From NCBI GenBank assembly GCA_050613775.1, contig JBODTK010000125.1, forward strand, positions 372,001 through 436,000: a stretch of DNA of 64,000 nucleotides. The letters run 5' to 3'. The position numbers and the translations under genes were made by a program. Below the pieces are notes generated by a model that was given only the letters and a program-made list of their open reading frames with translations, had not been told where the DNA came from and ran no database searches. Of this stretch, positions 1-13,180 are shown piece after piece; position 1 is the stretch's first letter, and each line of letters opens with the position of its first letter. This stretch comes from Neocallimastix sp. 'constans'. Its lineage: Eukaryota.

Positions 1-850
1 ATAAAATAAAATAAAATAAAATAAAAGAAATAAAATAAAATAAAATAAAATAAAATAAAATAAAAGAAATAAAATAAAATAAATAGTGAAGTAATATTAA
101 AGAATAAAGTATTAATAAAAATAAAATAAAATAAAATAAATAGTGAAGTAATATTAAAGAATAAAGTATTAATAAAAATAAAATAAAATAAAATAAAATA
201 AAAGAAATAAAATAAAATAAATAGTGAAGTAATATAAAGGAATAAAGTATTAATAAAAATAAAATAAAATAAAATAAAATAAAATAAAATAAAATAAAAT
301 AAAATAAAATAAAATAAAATAAAATAAAATAAAATAAAATAAAATAAAATAAAATAAAATAAAATAAAATAAAATAAAATAAAATAAATAGTAGAATATT
401 AAATATAAAGTACAGATTGAATAAAATAAAATAAAATAAAATAAAATAAAATAAAATAAAATAAAATAAAATAAAATAAATAGTGAAGTAATATAAAAGA
501 ATAAAGTATTAATAAAAATAAAATAAAATAAAATAAAATAAAATAAAATAAAATAAAATAAAATAAAATAAAATAAAATAAAATAAAATAAAATAAAATA
601 AAATAAAATAAAATAAAAAAATTATTTGAATTATAATAAAAATACAAGTATTAATAAAAATAAAATAAAATAAAACAAAATAAATATTTGAATTATAATA
701 AAAATACAAGTACTAATAAAATAAAATAAATATGTGAATTATAATAAATTGCAAGTATCAATCGAAATAAAATAAAATAAAATAAAATAAAATAAATATG
801 CAGTGAAATAATAATATATAATATGATAAAATAAAATAAATAAGATATTG
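1..850. repeat. (ATAAA)n microsatellite interrupted by short repeated cores
   Basis: Long ATAAA runs with repeated ATAGTGAAGTAATATTAAAGAATAAAGTATTAAT units (~83, 140, 221, 480), one copy of the satellite core GTAGAATATTAAATATAAAGTACAGATTGA (~391-420), and two TATTTGAATTATAATAAAAATACAAGTA units. Confidence 0.95.
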
Positions 851-1689
851 ATATGAAATTAATATAAAAACTGAATTTAGCAACAAATAAATTATATAAT
901 AAATAAATGATATAGCATATTCATATATATTAACATGAATTTTATTATAATTTTTACAGTATTTTAAATTAATGTAAATTATTATATTTCCATATAATAA
1001 ACAAACTTTATAATTAGAAAATAGTATAAAAAGAAATATTATTAAATATTATTATTAAATAATTAAATGAATAAATTAATAAATAAATAAAAATTTTCAG
1101 AATATGGCGAATGTAAATCATTATTTTTTTTGAAATATATCACATTTTAAATATTTTTAATAATTATTTTTTCAAAGAAATTATATGTGCCATTTTATTT
1201 TAATATTTAAATATTATATTCATAAATAAAAATTTATAAAAAAAATAATATAAGCCACATTCCGAAATGAAAATTTATGTAAAAATATTTAAAGCCACAT
1301 TCCGAAACGCACCACCCCCGTTTTTCATAATATGGCATTAATATTATTGTAAGTCGACGTCATAAATTTTTTTAATATTTTTTTTATACGAATAAATAAT
1401 TATTATCAGATTTAGAAATAAATAAAAACTGTATTAACTATTAGAAAATAAAATGTTTAAAATATTTAATATAAATTTATCTAAAACCAAATAATTAAAT
1501 TTAAATAATAAAAATATTAAAATATTTATAAAAAATAATTAAATATAATTAATAAAATAATTAAAAATAAATAATAAATAATTAATAATTAAATATAAAT
1601 AATTGTAATTTTATAAATATTTTAAAAATAAATTTATTATTTCCCAATAAGGATTTATTGAAAAATTATTTAAAAAATTTAATATTAAA

Positions 1690-1870
1690 TATACAAAAAG
1701 AAATAATACATCATTCTTAGAACTATTACAGGATACTTTGATGCTTATTACGTTGGCTATTTAATTGATAGAAATCAACTTCTGGTTATATTATCATGCT
1801 TGGAAATTCACCTTTGATTTTCTAAAAAACAAGCAAGTTGCTACTTCTACTGCGAAGCTGAATAAATGAA
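1690..1870 (+). mobile_element. Degenerate Ty1/copia RNase H fragment
   Basis: Translates with frameshifts to ITGYFDAYYVGYLIDR-STSGYIIMLGNSP..SKKQ..VATST.EAE, matching the copia RNase H motif GY.D.D.AG...DRKSTSGY..LG..P..WxSKKQ..VA.ST.EAEY. Confidence 0.85.
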
Positions 1871-1959
1871 TGTAATATAACATTAATTAAATATTAAATC
1901 TAGAGTCAAGCTACAAAAAATATAAGTATATAAAAAAAATTTTAAATAAGCACTTTTAT

Positions 1960-2106
1960 TGTTAGAATATATATAAATGAGATTAATGAAATAAAATGTA
2001 ATACAATTATTATAATAAAAGTATTTAAATTTATAATAATTAAATGTTCTTTGTCATAAAATATACTAATGAAGTTGACATAATTATAAACTCTGACTCT
2101 TAAACA
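1960..2106 (+). mobile_element. Solo LTR related to the LTRs at 52291 and 54250
   Basis: Starts TGTTAGAATAT and ends TAAACA. Shares AAAAG.ATTTAA.TT and CATAAAATATA.TAAT.AA.TTGACATAATTATAAAC with those LTRs. Flanked by TTTAT/TTTGT, a 4-of-5 match consistent with a target-site duplication. Confidence 0.75.
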
Positions 2107-3133
2107 TTTGTAATTATTAATTATTAATTATTATTTATTATTTATTATTATTTATTATTAATTTTAATAAAATAAAAATTATTTTATTTCTAGTTTTTTA
2201 TTTATTATATGAATTTATTTTATATTCCTATAATTATAATTATATTATAATATATTATTATAATTAAATTAATTTAGTTTACCAACTTTATTATAAAAAA
2301 GGATTTGATTTTAGGAAAAATTTTTTTTTTATTTTTGAAACATAGAAAATTTTAAATTTTAATAATTATATTTATTATTTAAATTGCAGTTCTATATAAT
2401 TTAATATTTTTTTTTTTTTTTTTTTTTTTTATTTTTTAATTTTATAGAAAAGTAAAATCATTAATTTGAAAAAATAAAAAGTAAAAAAAATATATCTTTT
2501 TATTATTATTATTTTTTTTTCAAAAAAAAAAAAAAAAAAAAAAAAAAAAACAGTAATAATAGAAAAAGCGCAAAAATAATGACAAGTTTTAGTTTAAAGA
2601 ATTAGAAAATATATATATATAATATCTTTATATTATTAAATGTAAATTTTTAAACTATTATTTTTGTGTTTTTCTTAAAACTTTTTAATTCCTATCGGAT
2701 TATTTATATAATTTTATAGTTTTATTATTATATACAATATTTATATTATTATATTATAAAATTTGCTCTTATTTTATTTAAAGAATAAAACAATGATAAC
2801 TTTGGAAATTCAATTATTATAATTAAAGTAAATTTAAATATAACATTAATTTAATTCCATTTATATAGAGCAAGAATAATAATTTAGTATAAAATTGAAA
2901 ATTGTAAAATTTAAATGAAATTTTATAATACATCAATATATATATATATAGGCCAAAATAAAGAAAAAAAAAAAAAAATAAAATAAAATAAAATAAAAAA
3001 ATAAAAATAGTAATAATAATACTTATATAAATACATCAGAAAATTTGAAATTTAGGAATTAGTATTAAAAGAAAAAAAATTTGCTCTTTTTAAAAAGGAA
3101 TGATATAAAACCAAACTTTTAATAATATACAGT

Positions 3134-3170
<37 letters not shown>

Positions 3171-3191
3171 CATATATATATATATATCAAG

Positions 3192-5978
3192 ATGGAAAAA
3201 AATGAAAAGATTGATGAATCTAATAATAATTCTTATGATGATTTAATATTTGATTATATGAGTATAGATGATGCTTCACTTGCTGCGGGGATTGAAGATG
3301 AAATAAACAAAAAAATTAATTCATATGCCAAGATTCAATCTGATAATAGTGCTTTACCTTCAACTAATTCAAATCCTAAAGTGAAATTCCGTGATTGTCA
3401 TAGTGCTCCAAATGCTACCTTGGCTTCTGATATAAATTATGAAGATTCATTTGATGTTAATACAGTTTGTAAATCTGTTGAATATTATAATGATATTTTC
3501 AATAGTGGTGCTTTTAAAAGAACTAATCAACTACCACCTAATAATATTGGTAAGAGTAATTATAAATCCACAGATAGGCGAAATTCAATGATGGATTATA
3601 TCTCAAGATCTCAACCTCTGAATGGTGGTAGTAATCTTCTTTCTCATTATATGAAATTTCATCAAGGTTCTGATGAATTCAAATCTAATAGTAATGAACC
3701 ACAAGAAAGTCTAACATCAAAAGGTGATAAGGGTAAATATCCTAATTCTTGGCACTCTATTCCAATTCAAATTAATAGGCCAAATTTATTATTAAATACT
3801 GCTTATTCGGCTTCACCAATATCATCTCCTAAGTCAGTTCATACTATTACTTTCGATCCAAATATTAATACTATTCCATCATTTAAGGGTAAAAGACAAA
3901 CTCATAGTCATCATCGTCATCCTTCGACTTCAAGTAATGATGTTAAGCCTAGTACATCTTCATCTCAACCTATGAATTCAAATTCTGTATATATACCAAT
4001 GACACAAGAACCGCATTCTTCAATTATTGAGGATAATAATTATAAACAAAGTGAATATGGTGAAGATAATGCTAATGATAATGATAATGAACCATTGATG
4101 ATGAAATATCATCATCGACCATCTGATATTATTGAAATGGGTGTATCACCTATTAAAAAAACCATTCATGCAAAACGTCGATCAAGTAGACCACCACCGC
4201 CATCTCCAATTGGTTCCTTTTATGGGTCGTATTCTTCGTCGAAATTCAGTTCTACCCCAGTTAGCTCCACTATATTGGCTAAGACTTCGCAATATATTCC
4301 TGATATTACTCTCCCTTATCTTGTGAAAACAATTGACAGTCACTTAGTTAATGATGATGATTCTTCAGAAAATAATTATAAAATTTATAATTTAAAAGGA
4401 GGAGATGTCGCTCGTGATATCTATAATTTTAATGAAAAGATTAAACGAAAAATATTAAGCAAACGTTCAAAGTCCGAGCCTAATCTTTATGAATTAAATA
4501 AAAAAAAGGAAAATGATTTTGATTTTTCTGAAATTTCTACTCCTGGTGGATTCAGAAGAGAATTTATGAACTCAAATGCAAAAAAGCAGGGAAAAGCACC
4601 ACCAAATTGGATTACTAGAAACTTTATTGATTTCTTAGCACTTTATGGACATTATGCTGGGGATGATGATTTTGATGAAGATTATTATTCTGATGAATAT
4701 GATTCAACCAATGATTGGGATATTGACAGTGAAATTGATAGTGAAATGAATATTTTACTTGAACATAAATATAATGATATCTATAATAATTATTTCGATG
4801 AGGACAAATTAAATATTATTGAAACTCAGTCCTCTTTTGAAGTTTTAGAAGGTGTTGGTCATGCTCCAGAAAATAAATCAAAAATTGGTATTGAAATTGA
4901 TAATATGAATGAAAATACACCACTTTTAGAGGCAAATATGTCACAATCTTCTATAAATCATAGAAAAAATAAAAATAACAGAAAAAATAATAGCTCATCT
5001 CAAACTGGTACTGCTTCTGAAGGTAAAACTATGTTCCTTCTTTTAAAAGCTTTCATTGGTACTGGTATTCTCTTCTTGCCAAAAGCATTTTCTAATGGGG
5101 GTATGCTTTTTTCATTAGCATCTTTGGCCTTTTCTGGTTGGTTAACCTATATCACAATGATTCTTTTAATTCGATGCAGTGAAAAATTTGGAGGGTCCTA
5201 TGGTGATATTGGAAAACAATTATTTGGTAGGACTTTTAAAATTATGATACAAGGTTCTATTGCTTTAACACAGGTAATTACTATATAATTTAAACTGAAT
5301 TATATAATAAAAAATAAAAATACATAATAAAAATATTATTATATTATATTAGTATTATTTATATTATATAAATATTTATTATGTTAATATTATTATATAA
5401 ATATTGTGATATTAATATTATTATATTAATATTTTAATATAAATATTATAATAAAAGTATTATTATACGAATATTATTAATATTTTTATATTAATATTAT
5501 AATATAAATATTATACAATAACTATGAATTTAATTTCAAATTTAAATTATAAATTTAAATATAAATAAAAATATTCATTAAAAATATTTTTTATATTGTT
5601 GTATATAGAGCGGCTTTTGTTGTGCTTACATTATATTTATTTTTCAAAGTGTAAAATCAATAATATCTACAATTAGTAACGGTACATTAACTATACCCGA
5701 TTGGACGATTATAGTAATACAGGTTTTAATTTATATTCCATTATCATGGATTAGAAAAATTCAAAACTTTTCGATTACTTCTTTAATTGCAGATGTATTT
5801 ATTTTAATTGGTTTAATTTATATTGTTGCTTCAGATTTATTCATTATATCAAGTGAAGGAGCTAGTAATAACTTTACTTTATTTAATTCAGAAAAATTCC
5901 CACTTTTTTTAGGTACAGCTATTTTTGCATTTGAAGTAAGTGATATGAGAGAAAAAAAAAAATAAAAAAAAAAAAAAA

Positions 5979-6051
<73 letters not shown>

Positions 6052-6270
6052 TTATTTTTATTAATTAATTATATTTATTTATTTATTTAATAATTAAAAG
6101 GGTATTGGTTTAATTATTCCATTACAAAGATCTATGAGAGAACCAGAAAAATTCCCAAAAGTTTTAAAGAATAGTATGTATATTATATTTTTAGCTATGT
6201 TCATCGTTGGTGGTCTTTCCTATTTTATATTTGGTGATGATGTAAATATATATTAACAAAATAAAATAAA

Positions 6271-6363
<93 letters not shown>

Positions 6364-7190
6364 TTTATTAAAAATATTATATTAAATAATTACAATATTT
6401 TTTATTTATTAATAATATTAATTTTTTATTTAATTTTATTTTTTTTTTTTTTTTTAATTTTATTATATAGGTTCATACTATTATTTTTATGAACGTTTTT
6501 CCAGATTCTGTTATTGGAACTATCATTAGAGCATTATATACATTAGCTATTGTTTTTTCTTTCCCCCTTACATTGTACTCAGGGATTCATATTGTAGAAC
6601 CACTTTTTATACCTAGAAGAAGACCCTTTAAATCATTTAGCTTAAAAAGAAAAAGAAGGGCTCAAATGAATTATGCGTCAATGAATCAAAAAAGTTCTTC
6701 CGAACTACTATTTCAATCTTCAAATAATAGTAACAGTAGTCTTAATAATCTTAATTCATTTACCTCTATTACAATAAATAAAAAAAATATTGAGGGAAAT
6801 AACGAATTAGTAAGTGGTAGAATTACACCAAATTCATCTTATTCATCTCTTAATGGTAACAGCAGTAGTGTTAATCACGTTCATCGCCATCGTAAAAGAG
6901 ATACTGGTAAAAATAGTAAAATTATAAAATGGATGAAAAATATATTTCGAGCTGTATTTGTAAGTTGCTTAGGTCTTATTTCATATTATGGAGCTTCTAA
7001 TCTTGATAATTTTGTTTCAATTATTGGTAGTTTCTGTTGTATTCCATTAATGTTTATCTATCCTGCAGTATTACATTATAGTGGAGTAGCAGAAAAATCT
7101 TCAGAAAAAATGGTTGATATATGTATTATTATTTTTGGTATTATATCTACAATTTGGATTACTAAACTTAGTTTAGAAGAATGGAAATAA
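3192..7190 (+). CDS. Vacuolar amino-acid transporter, Avt3/Avt4 family (Aa_trans); 4 exons: 3192-5273, 5609-5935, 6101-6241, 6471-7190
   Basis: Motifs GGDVARDIY, PGGFRREF, TRNFIDFLALYGHYAG, LLKAFIGTGILFLPKAFSNGG, Q|SGFCCAY, GTAIFAFE|GIGLIIP, GSFCCIPLMFIYPAVLH. GT-AG introns keep the frame. Confidence 0.92.
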
Positions 7191-7441
7191 TCATGGCAAT
7201 ATATTATAAAATATATATAATTAATATTAATAAAATTTACTAATAATAATAATATTTTATTATGTATTTCAGATAAAAAAAAACAAAATAGAAAAAAAAT
7301 TAAAAATTAATACTAATATTATTAATTAAAATTAATTATAATTAATATATGTATATAAATCTATTTTGATAAATAAATGAATTAAATATTTTTTTTTATT
7401 TATTTAGTATATATTATACTTTTTTGTGGAAAAAAAATAAA

Positions 7442-7487
<46 letters not shown>

Positions 7488-7809
7488 ATACTTCTAAAGA
7501 TATGAAAATAAATATTATGATAATAATAAAAATAAAATATTATAATAGAGATATTTTTACAATAAAATTATTAATAATTATAATTTATTAAATATATATA
7601 ATTTTACCACATAAATATTTATTACAAATAAAATAATATATAAGGTGTCATTTTTTATATTAAAATAAGAAAAAATATATATCAATTTTATATAATAAAT
7701 TATAAAATATAAAATACAAGAAAAAAGAAGTTTATTTTTTATTGTTCATATTAATTTTATGGATATATTTATATAAATATATAATAATAATATGTTAAAT
7801 TAAATTAAA

Positions 7810-10800
7810 TTAAATAGAAGAATATGAATATAAAGTACAGTTTGAATATAATATAATAATTGAAATATAAATATAAAAGTACAAGTATATAAAATAAAAT
7901 AAAATAAAATAAAATAAAATAAAATAAATAGTAGAATATTTAATATAAAGTACAGATTGAATAAAATAAAATAAAATAAAATAAATAGTAGAATATTTAA
8001 TATAAAGTACAGATTGAATAAAATAAAATAAAATAAAATAAATAGTAGAATATTTAATATAAAGTACAGATTGAATAAAATAAAATAAAATAAAATAAAA
8101 TAAAATAAAATAAAATAAAATAAAATAAATAGTAGAATATTTAATATAAAGTACAGATTGAATAAAATAAAATAAAATAAAATAAATAGTAGAATATTTA
8201 ATATAAAGTACAGATTGAATAAAATAAAATAAAATAAAATAAATAGTAGAATATTAAATATAAAGTACAGATTGAATAAAATAAAATAAAATAAAATAAA
8301 ATAAAATAAAATAAATAGTAGAATATTTAATATAAAGTACAGATTGAATAAAATAAAATAAAATAAAATAAAATAAAATAAAATAAAATAAAATAAAATA
8401 AAATAAAATAAAATAAAATAAAATAAAATAAAATAAATAGTAGAATATTTAATATAAAGTACAGATTGAATAAAATAAAATAAAATAAAATAAAATAAAA
8501 TAAAATAAATAGTAGAATATTTAATATAAAGTACAGATTGAATAAAATAAAATAAAATAAAATAAATAGTAGAATATTTAATATAAAGTACAGATTGAAT
8601 AAAATAAAATAAAATAAAATAAATAGTAGAATATTAAATATAAAGTACAGATTGAATAAAATAAAATAAAATAAAATAAAATAAAATAAAATAAAATAAA
8701 TAGTAGAATATTTAATATAAAGTACAGATTGAATAAAATAAAATAAAATAAAATAAAATAAAATAAAATAAAATAAAATAAAATAAAATAAAATAAAATA
8801 AAATAAATAGTAGAATATTTAATATAAAGTACAGATTGAATAAAATAAAATAAAATAAAATAAAATAAAATAAAATAAAATAAAATAAAATAAATAGTAG
8901 AATATTTAATATAAAGTACAGATTGAATAAAATAAAATAAAATAAAATAAAATAAAATAAAATAAATAGTAGAATATTTAATATAAAGTACAGATTGAAT
9001 AAAATAAAATAAAATAAAATAAATAGTAGAATATTTAATATAAAGTACAGATTGAATAAAATAAAATAAAATAAAATAAATAGTAGAATATTTAATATAA
9101 AGTACAGATTGAATAAAATAAAATAAAATAAAATAAAATAAAATAAAATAAATAGTAGAATATTTAATATAAAGTACAGATTGAATAAAATAAAATAAAA
9201 TAAAATAAAATAAAATAAAATAAAATAAAATAAAATAAAATAAAATAGAATAAAATAAAATAAATAGTAGAATATTTAATATAAAGTACAGATTGAATAA
9301 AATAAAATAAAATAAAATAAAATAAAATAAAATAAATAGTAGAATATTTAATATAAAGTACAGATTGAATAAAATAAAATAAAATAAAATAAATAGTAGA
9401 ATATTTAATATAAAGTACAGATTGAATAAAATAAAATAAAATAAAATAAAATAAAATAAAATAAATAGTAGAATATTTAATATAAAGTACAGATTGAATA
9501 AAATAAAATAAAATAAAATAAAATAAAATAAAATAAAATAAAATAAAATAAAATAAAATAAAATAAAATAAAATAAAATAAAATAAAATAAAATAAATAG
9601 TAGAATATTTAATATAAAGTACAGATTGAATAAAATAAAATAAAATAAAATAAAATAAAATAAAATAAAATAAAATAAATAGTAGAATATTTAATATAAA
9701 GTACAGAATGAATAAAATAAAATAAAATAAAATAAAATAAAATAAAATAAAATAAAATAAAATAAATAGTAGAATATTTAATATAAAGTACAGATTGAAT
9801 AAAATAAAATAAAATAAAATAAAATAAAATAAAATAAATAGTAGAATATTTAATATAAAGTACAGATTGAATAAAATAAAATAAAATAAAATAAATAGTA
9901 GAATATTTAATATAAAGTACAGATTGAATAAAATAAAATAAAATAAAATAAATAGTAGAATATTAAATATAAAGTACAGATTGAATAAAATAAAATAAAA
10001 TAAAATAAAATAAAATAAAATAAATAGTAGAATATTTAATATAAAGTACAGATTGAATAAAATAAAATAAAATAAAATAAAATAAAATAAAATAAAATAA
10101 AATAAAATAAAATAAAATAAAATAAAATAAAATAAAATAAATAGTAGAATATTTAATATAAAGTACAGATTGAATAAAATAAAATAAAATAAAATAAAAT
10201 AAAATAAAATAAATAGTAGAATATTTAATATAAAGTACAGATTGAATAAAATAAAATAAAATAAAATAAATAGTAGAATATTTAATATAAAGTACAGATT
10301 GAATAAAATAAAATAAAATAAAATAAATAGTAGAATATTAAATATAAAGTACAGATTGAATAAAATAAAATAAAATAAAATAAAATAAAATAAAATAAAA
10401 TAAATAGTAGAATATTTAATATAAAGTACAGATTGAATAAAATAAAATAAAATAAAATAAAATAAAATAAAATAAAATAAAATAAAATAAAATAAAATAA
10501 AATAAAATAAATAGTAGAATATTTAATATAAAGTACAGATTGAATAAAATAAAATAAAATAAAATAAAATAAAATAAAATAAAATAAAATAAAATAAATA
10601 GTAGAATATTTAATATAAAGTACAGATTGAATAAAATAAAATAAAATAAAATAAAATAAAATAAAATAAAATAAATAGTAGAATATTTAATATAAAGTAC
10701 AGATTGAATAAAATAAAATAAAATAAAATAAATAGTAGAATATTTAATATAAAGTACAGATTGAATAAAATAAAATAAAATAAAATAAATAGTAGAATAT

Positions 10801-11640
10801 TTAATATAAAGTACAGATTGAATAAAATAAAATAAAATAAAATAAAATAAAATAAAATAAATAGTAGAATATTTAATATAAAGTACAGATTGAATAAAAT
10901 AAAATAAAATAAAATAAAATAAAATAAAATAAAATAAAATAAAATAAAATAAAATAAAATAAAATAAAATAAAATAAAATAAAATAAAATAAATAGTAGA
11001 ATATTTAATATAAAGTACAGATTGAATAAAATAAAATAAAATAAAATAAAATAAAATAAAATAAAATAAAATAAATAGTAGAATATTTAATATAAAGTAC
11101 AGAATGAATAAAATAAAATAAAATAAAATAAAATAAAATAAAATAAAATAAAATAAAATAAATAGTAGAATATTTAATATAAAGTACAGATTGAATAAAA
11201 TAAAATAAAATAAAATAAAATAAAATAAATAGTAGAATATTTAATATAAAGTACAGATTGAATAAAATAAAATAAAATAAAATAAAATAAAATAAAATAA
11301 AATAAAATAAATAGTAGAATATTTAATATAAAGTACAGATTGAATAAAATAAAATAAAATAAAATAAAATAAATAGTAGAAACATAAATATAAGTACAGA
11401 TTGAATAAAATAAAATAAAATAAAATAAATAGTAGAATATTAAATATAAAGTACAGATTGAATAAAATAAAATAAAATAAATAGTAGAATATTAAATATA
11501 TAGTACAGATTGAATAAAATAAAATAAAATAAATAGTAGAATATTAAATATAAAGTACAGATTGAATAAAATAAAATAAAATAAATAGTAGAATATTAAA
11601 TATAAAGTACAGATTGAATAAAATAAAATAAAATAAATAA
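7810..11640. repeat. Compound satellite: ~36-bp core (ATAAATAGTAGAATATTTAATATAAAGTACAGATTGA) separated by variable-length (ATAAA)n; roughly 55 copies
   Basis: Directly visible. Near-identical cores, with degenerate copies at both edges (~7812-7846 and ~11370-11510). Copy number is an estimate. Confidence 0.97.
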
Positions 11641-11711
11641 TAAAAAAAAAAAATAAAAAATTAACTCGAAAAAATATTAGCATAATATATTTTTATATCT
11701 AAAGGTAATAC

Positions 11712-11758
<47 letters not shown>

Positions 11759-11995
11759 TCTATACTATTTTATAATTAAATTTGTAATAAATATGTTGAA
11801 ATTTTTACTATATAAAGATTGTTATATTTCTTTTCAAAATAAATATATATTATCATTTTAAATGATTCTTAAATAATATAAATGTAAAATCTTTTATTAT
11901 TATTATAGTTTTTGCTGTTTGTTATTATTTATTTATTTATTAATACTTTTTTTTTTTTTTTTTTTTTTGATATATTCAATTTATAATTTTTTTTT

Positions 11996-12717
11996 TCACT
12001 TTGTTGACAACTGCATGGATAATTCCAATATAAGTTGATTTTTATTTGATAATTGTTCCTGCAAATTTTTAATTTTTGCCTTATATTTTTGTATTTGTAA
12101 TTGATAATTTCCATTTTTGTTCAATTCCGGAGTTGTTACTCTAGACGTGGATAATGGTGAAGAAGTTATTGATATCGTTGAACATAATGAAGATGGTGGT
12201 TTATGATTATTATTATTATTTTTTAATATTTTCGTTTTAGAAGAAGACATGGTTAATGATCCATGAATATTCATTTTGGACTCATCATTCTTTGAATCAT
12301 TTGTATTTTCTTTCTTTTCTATTTTTTGTGAAGATGGTCTTGATATCATCATTGAATTTTGTTCTAAATTATTTATTAAATCTTTATTCTCATTTTCTCT
12401 ATCTAAATGTTTTTGGTCTTGATTATTTTCTTTATTATCATTTTCACTATTGATATTATCACTGCTGTTTTCACTATTTTCTGTATTTTTTTTGTTAATA
12501 ACTACTTCTGAATCCTCATAATTTTCATTCTCAAATAATATCTCATTTTTAGTTTCTAATTCATTTTCATCACCATCTAAACTACTAGAGGATAATAATG
12601 AAAGAGAAGATTTTCTTCCATCATTATCATTATTATTAAATATAAAATTTTTTTCTATGGAGAATTCGTCTTCATTTACTATTTGGTTTTCTAATTCTTA
12701 AATAATATCATTTAAAA

Positions 12718-12773
<56 letters not shown>

Positions 12774-13131
12774 AGCAATAATAATTACTAGAATTTCAAA
12801 TAAAATGATTTTAAATAATAATTTTATATTTTTTATTTATTTATTTCCTAATTTTTTATATAAATATATATATTTACCTTTTATTCTATTCTTTAATTCA
12901 AATATTTCAATGGCACTTTCCATTTTAGTTTTAGATAAACTAGATCTTAAATTCTTAATTGTTTTTTCATAATTATCCTTCATTACTGACATTTCTTTAT
13001 CTTTTTCATTCAATTTTAACTCCAAATAATGAATTGTTGCTGTCGTCCCATTGAATGGTTGTTTTTGCAATAACGAAGAGGAATTGGATTTAAATAGATT
13101 ATTACTATTACCAGAAGTATTATTATTAATA

Positions 13132-13180
<49 letters not shown>

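Noticed and set aside
399..709. FILFY-repeat ORFs (also 11492-11683)
   Set aside because: These are translations of the (TTTTA)n microsatellite.
7810..11640. CRISPR array
   Set aside because: Spacers are only (ATAAA)n with no unique sequence, there are no cas genes, and the context is eukaryotic.
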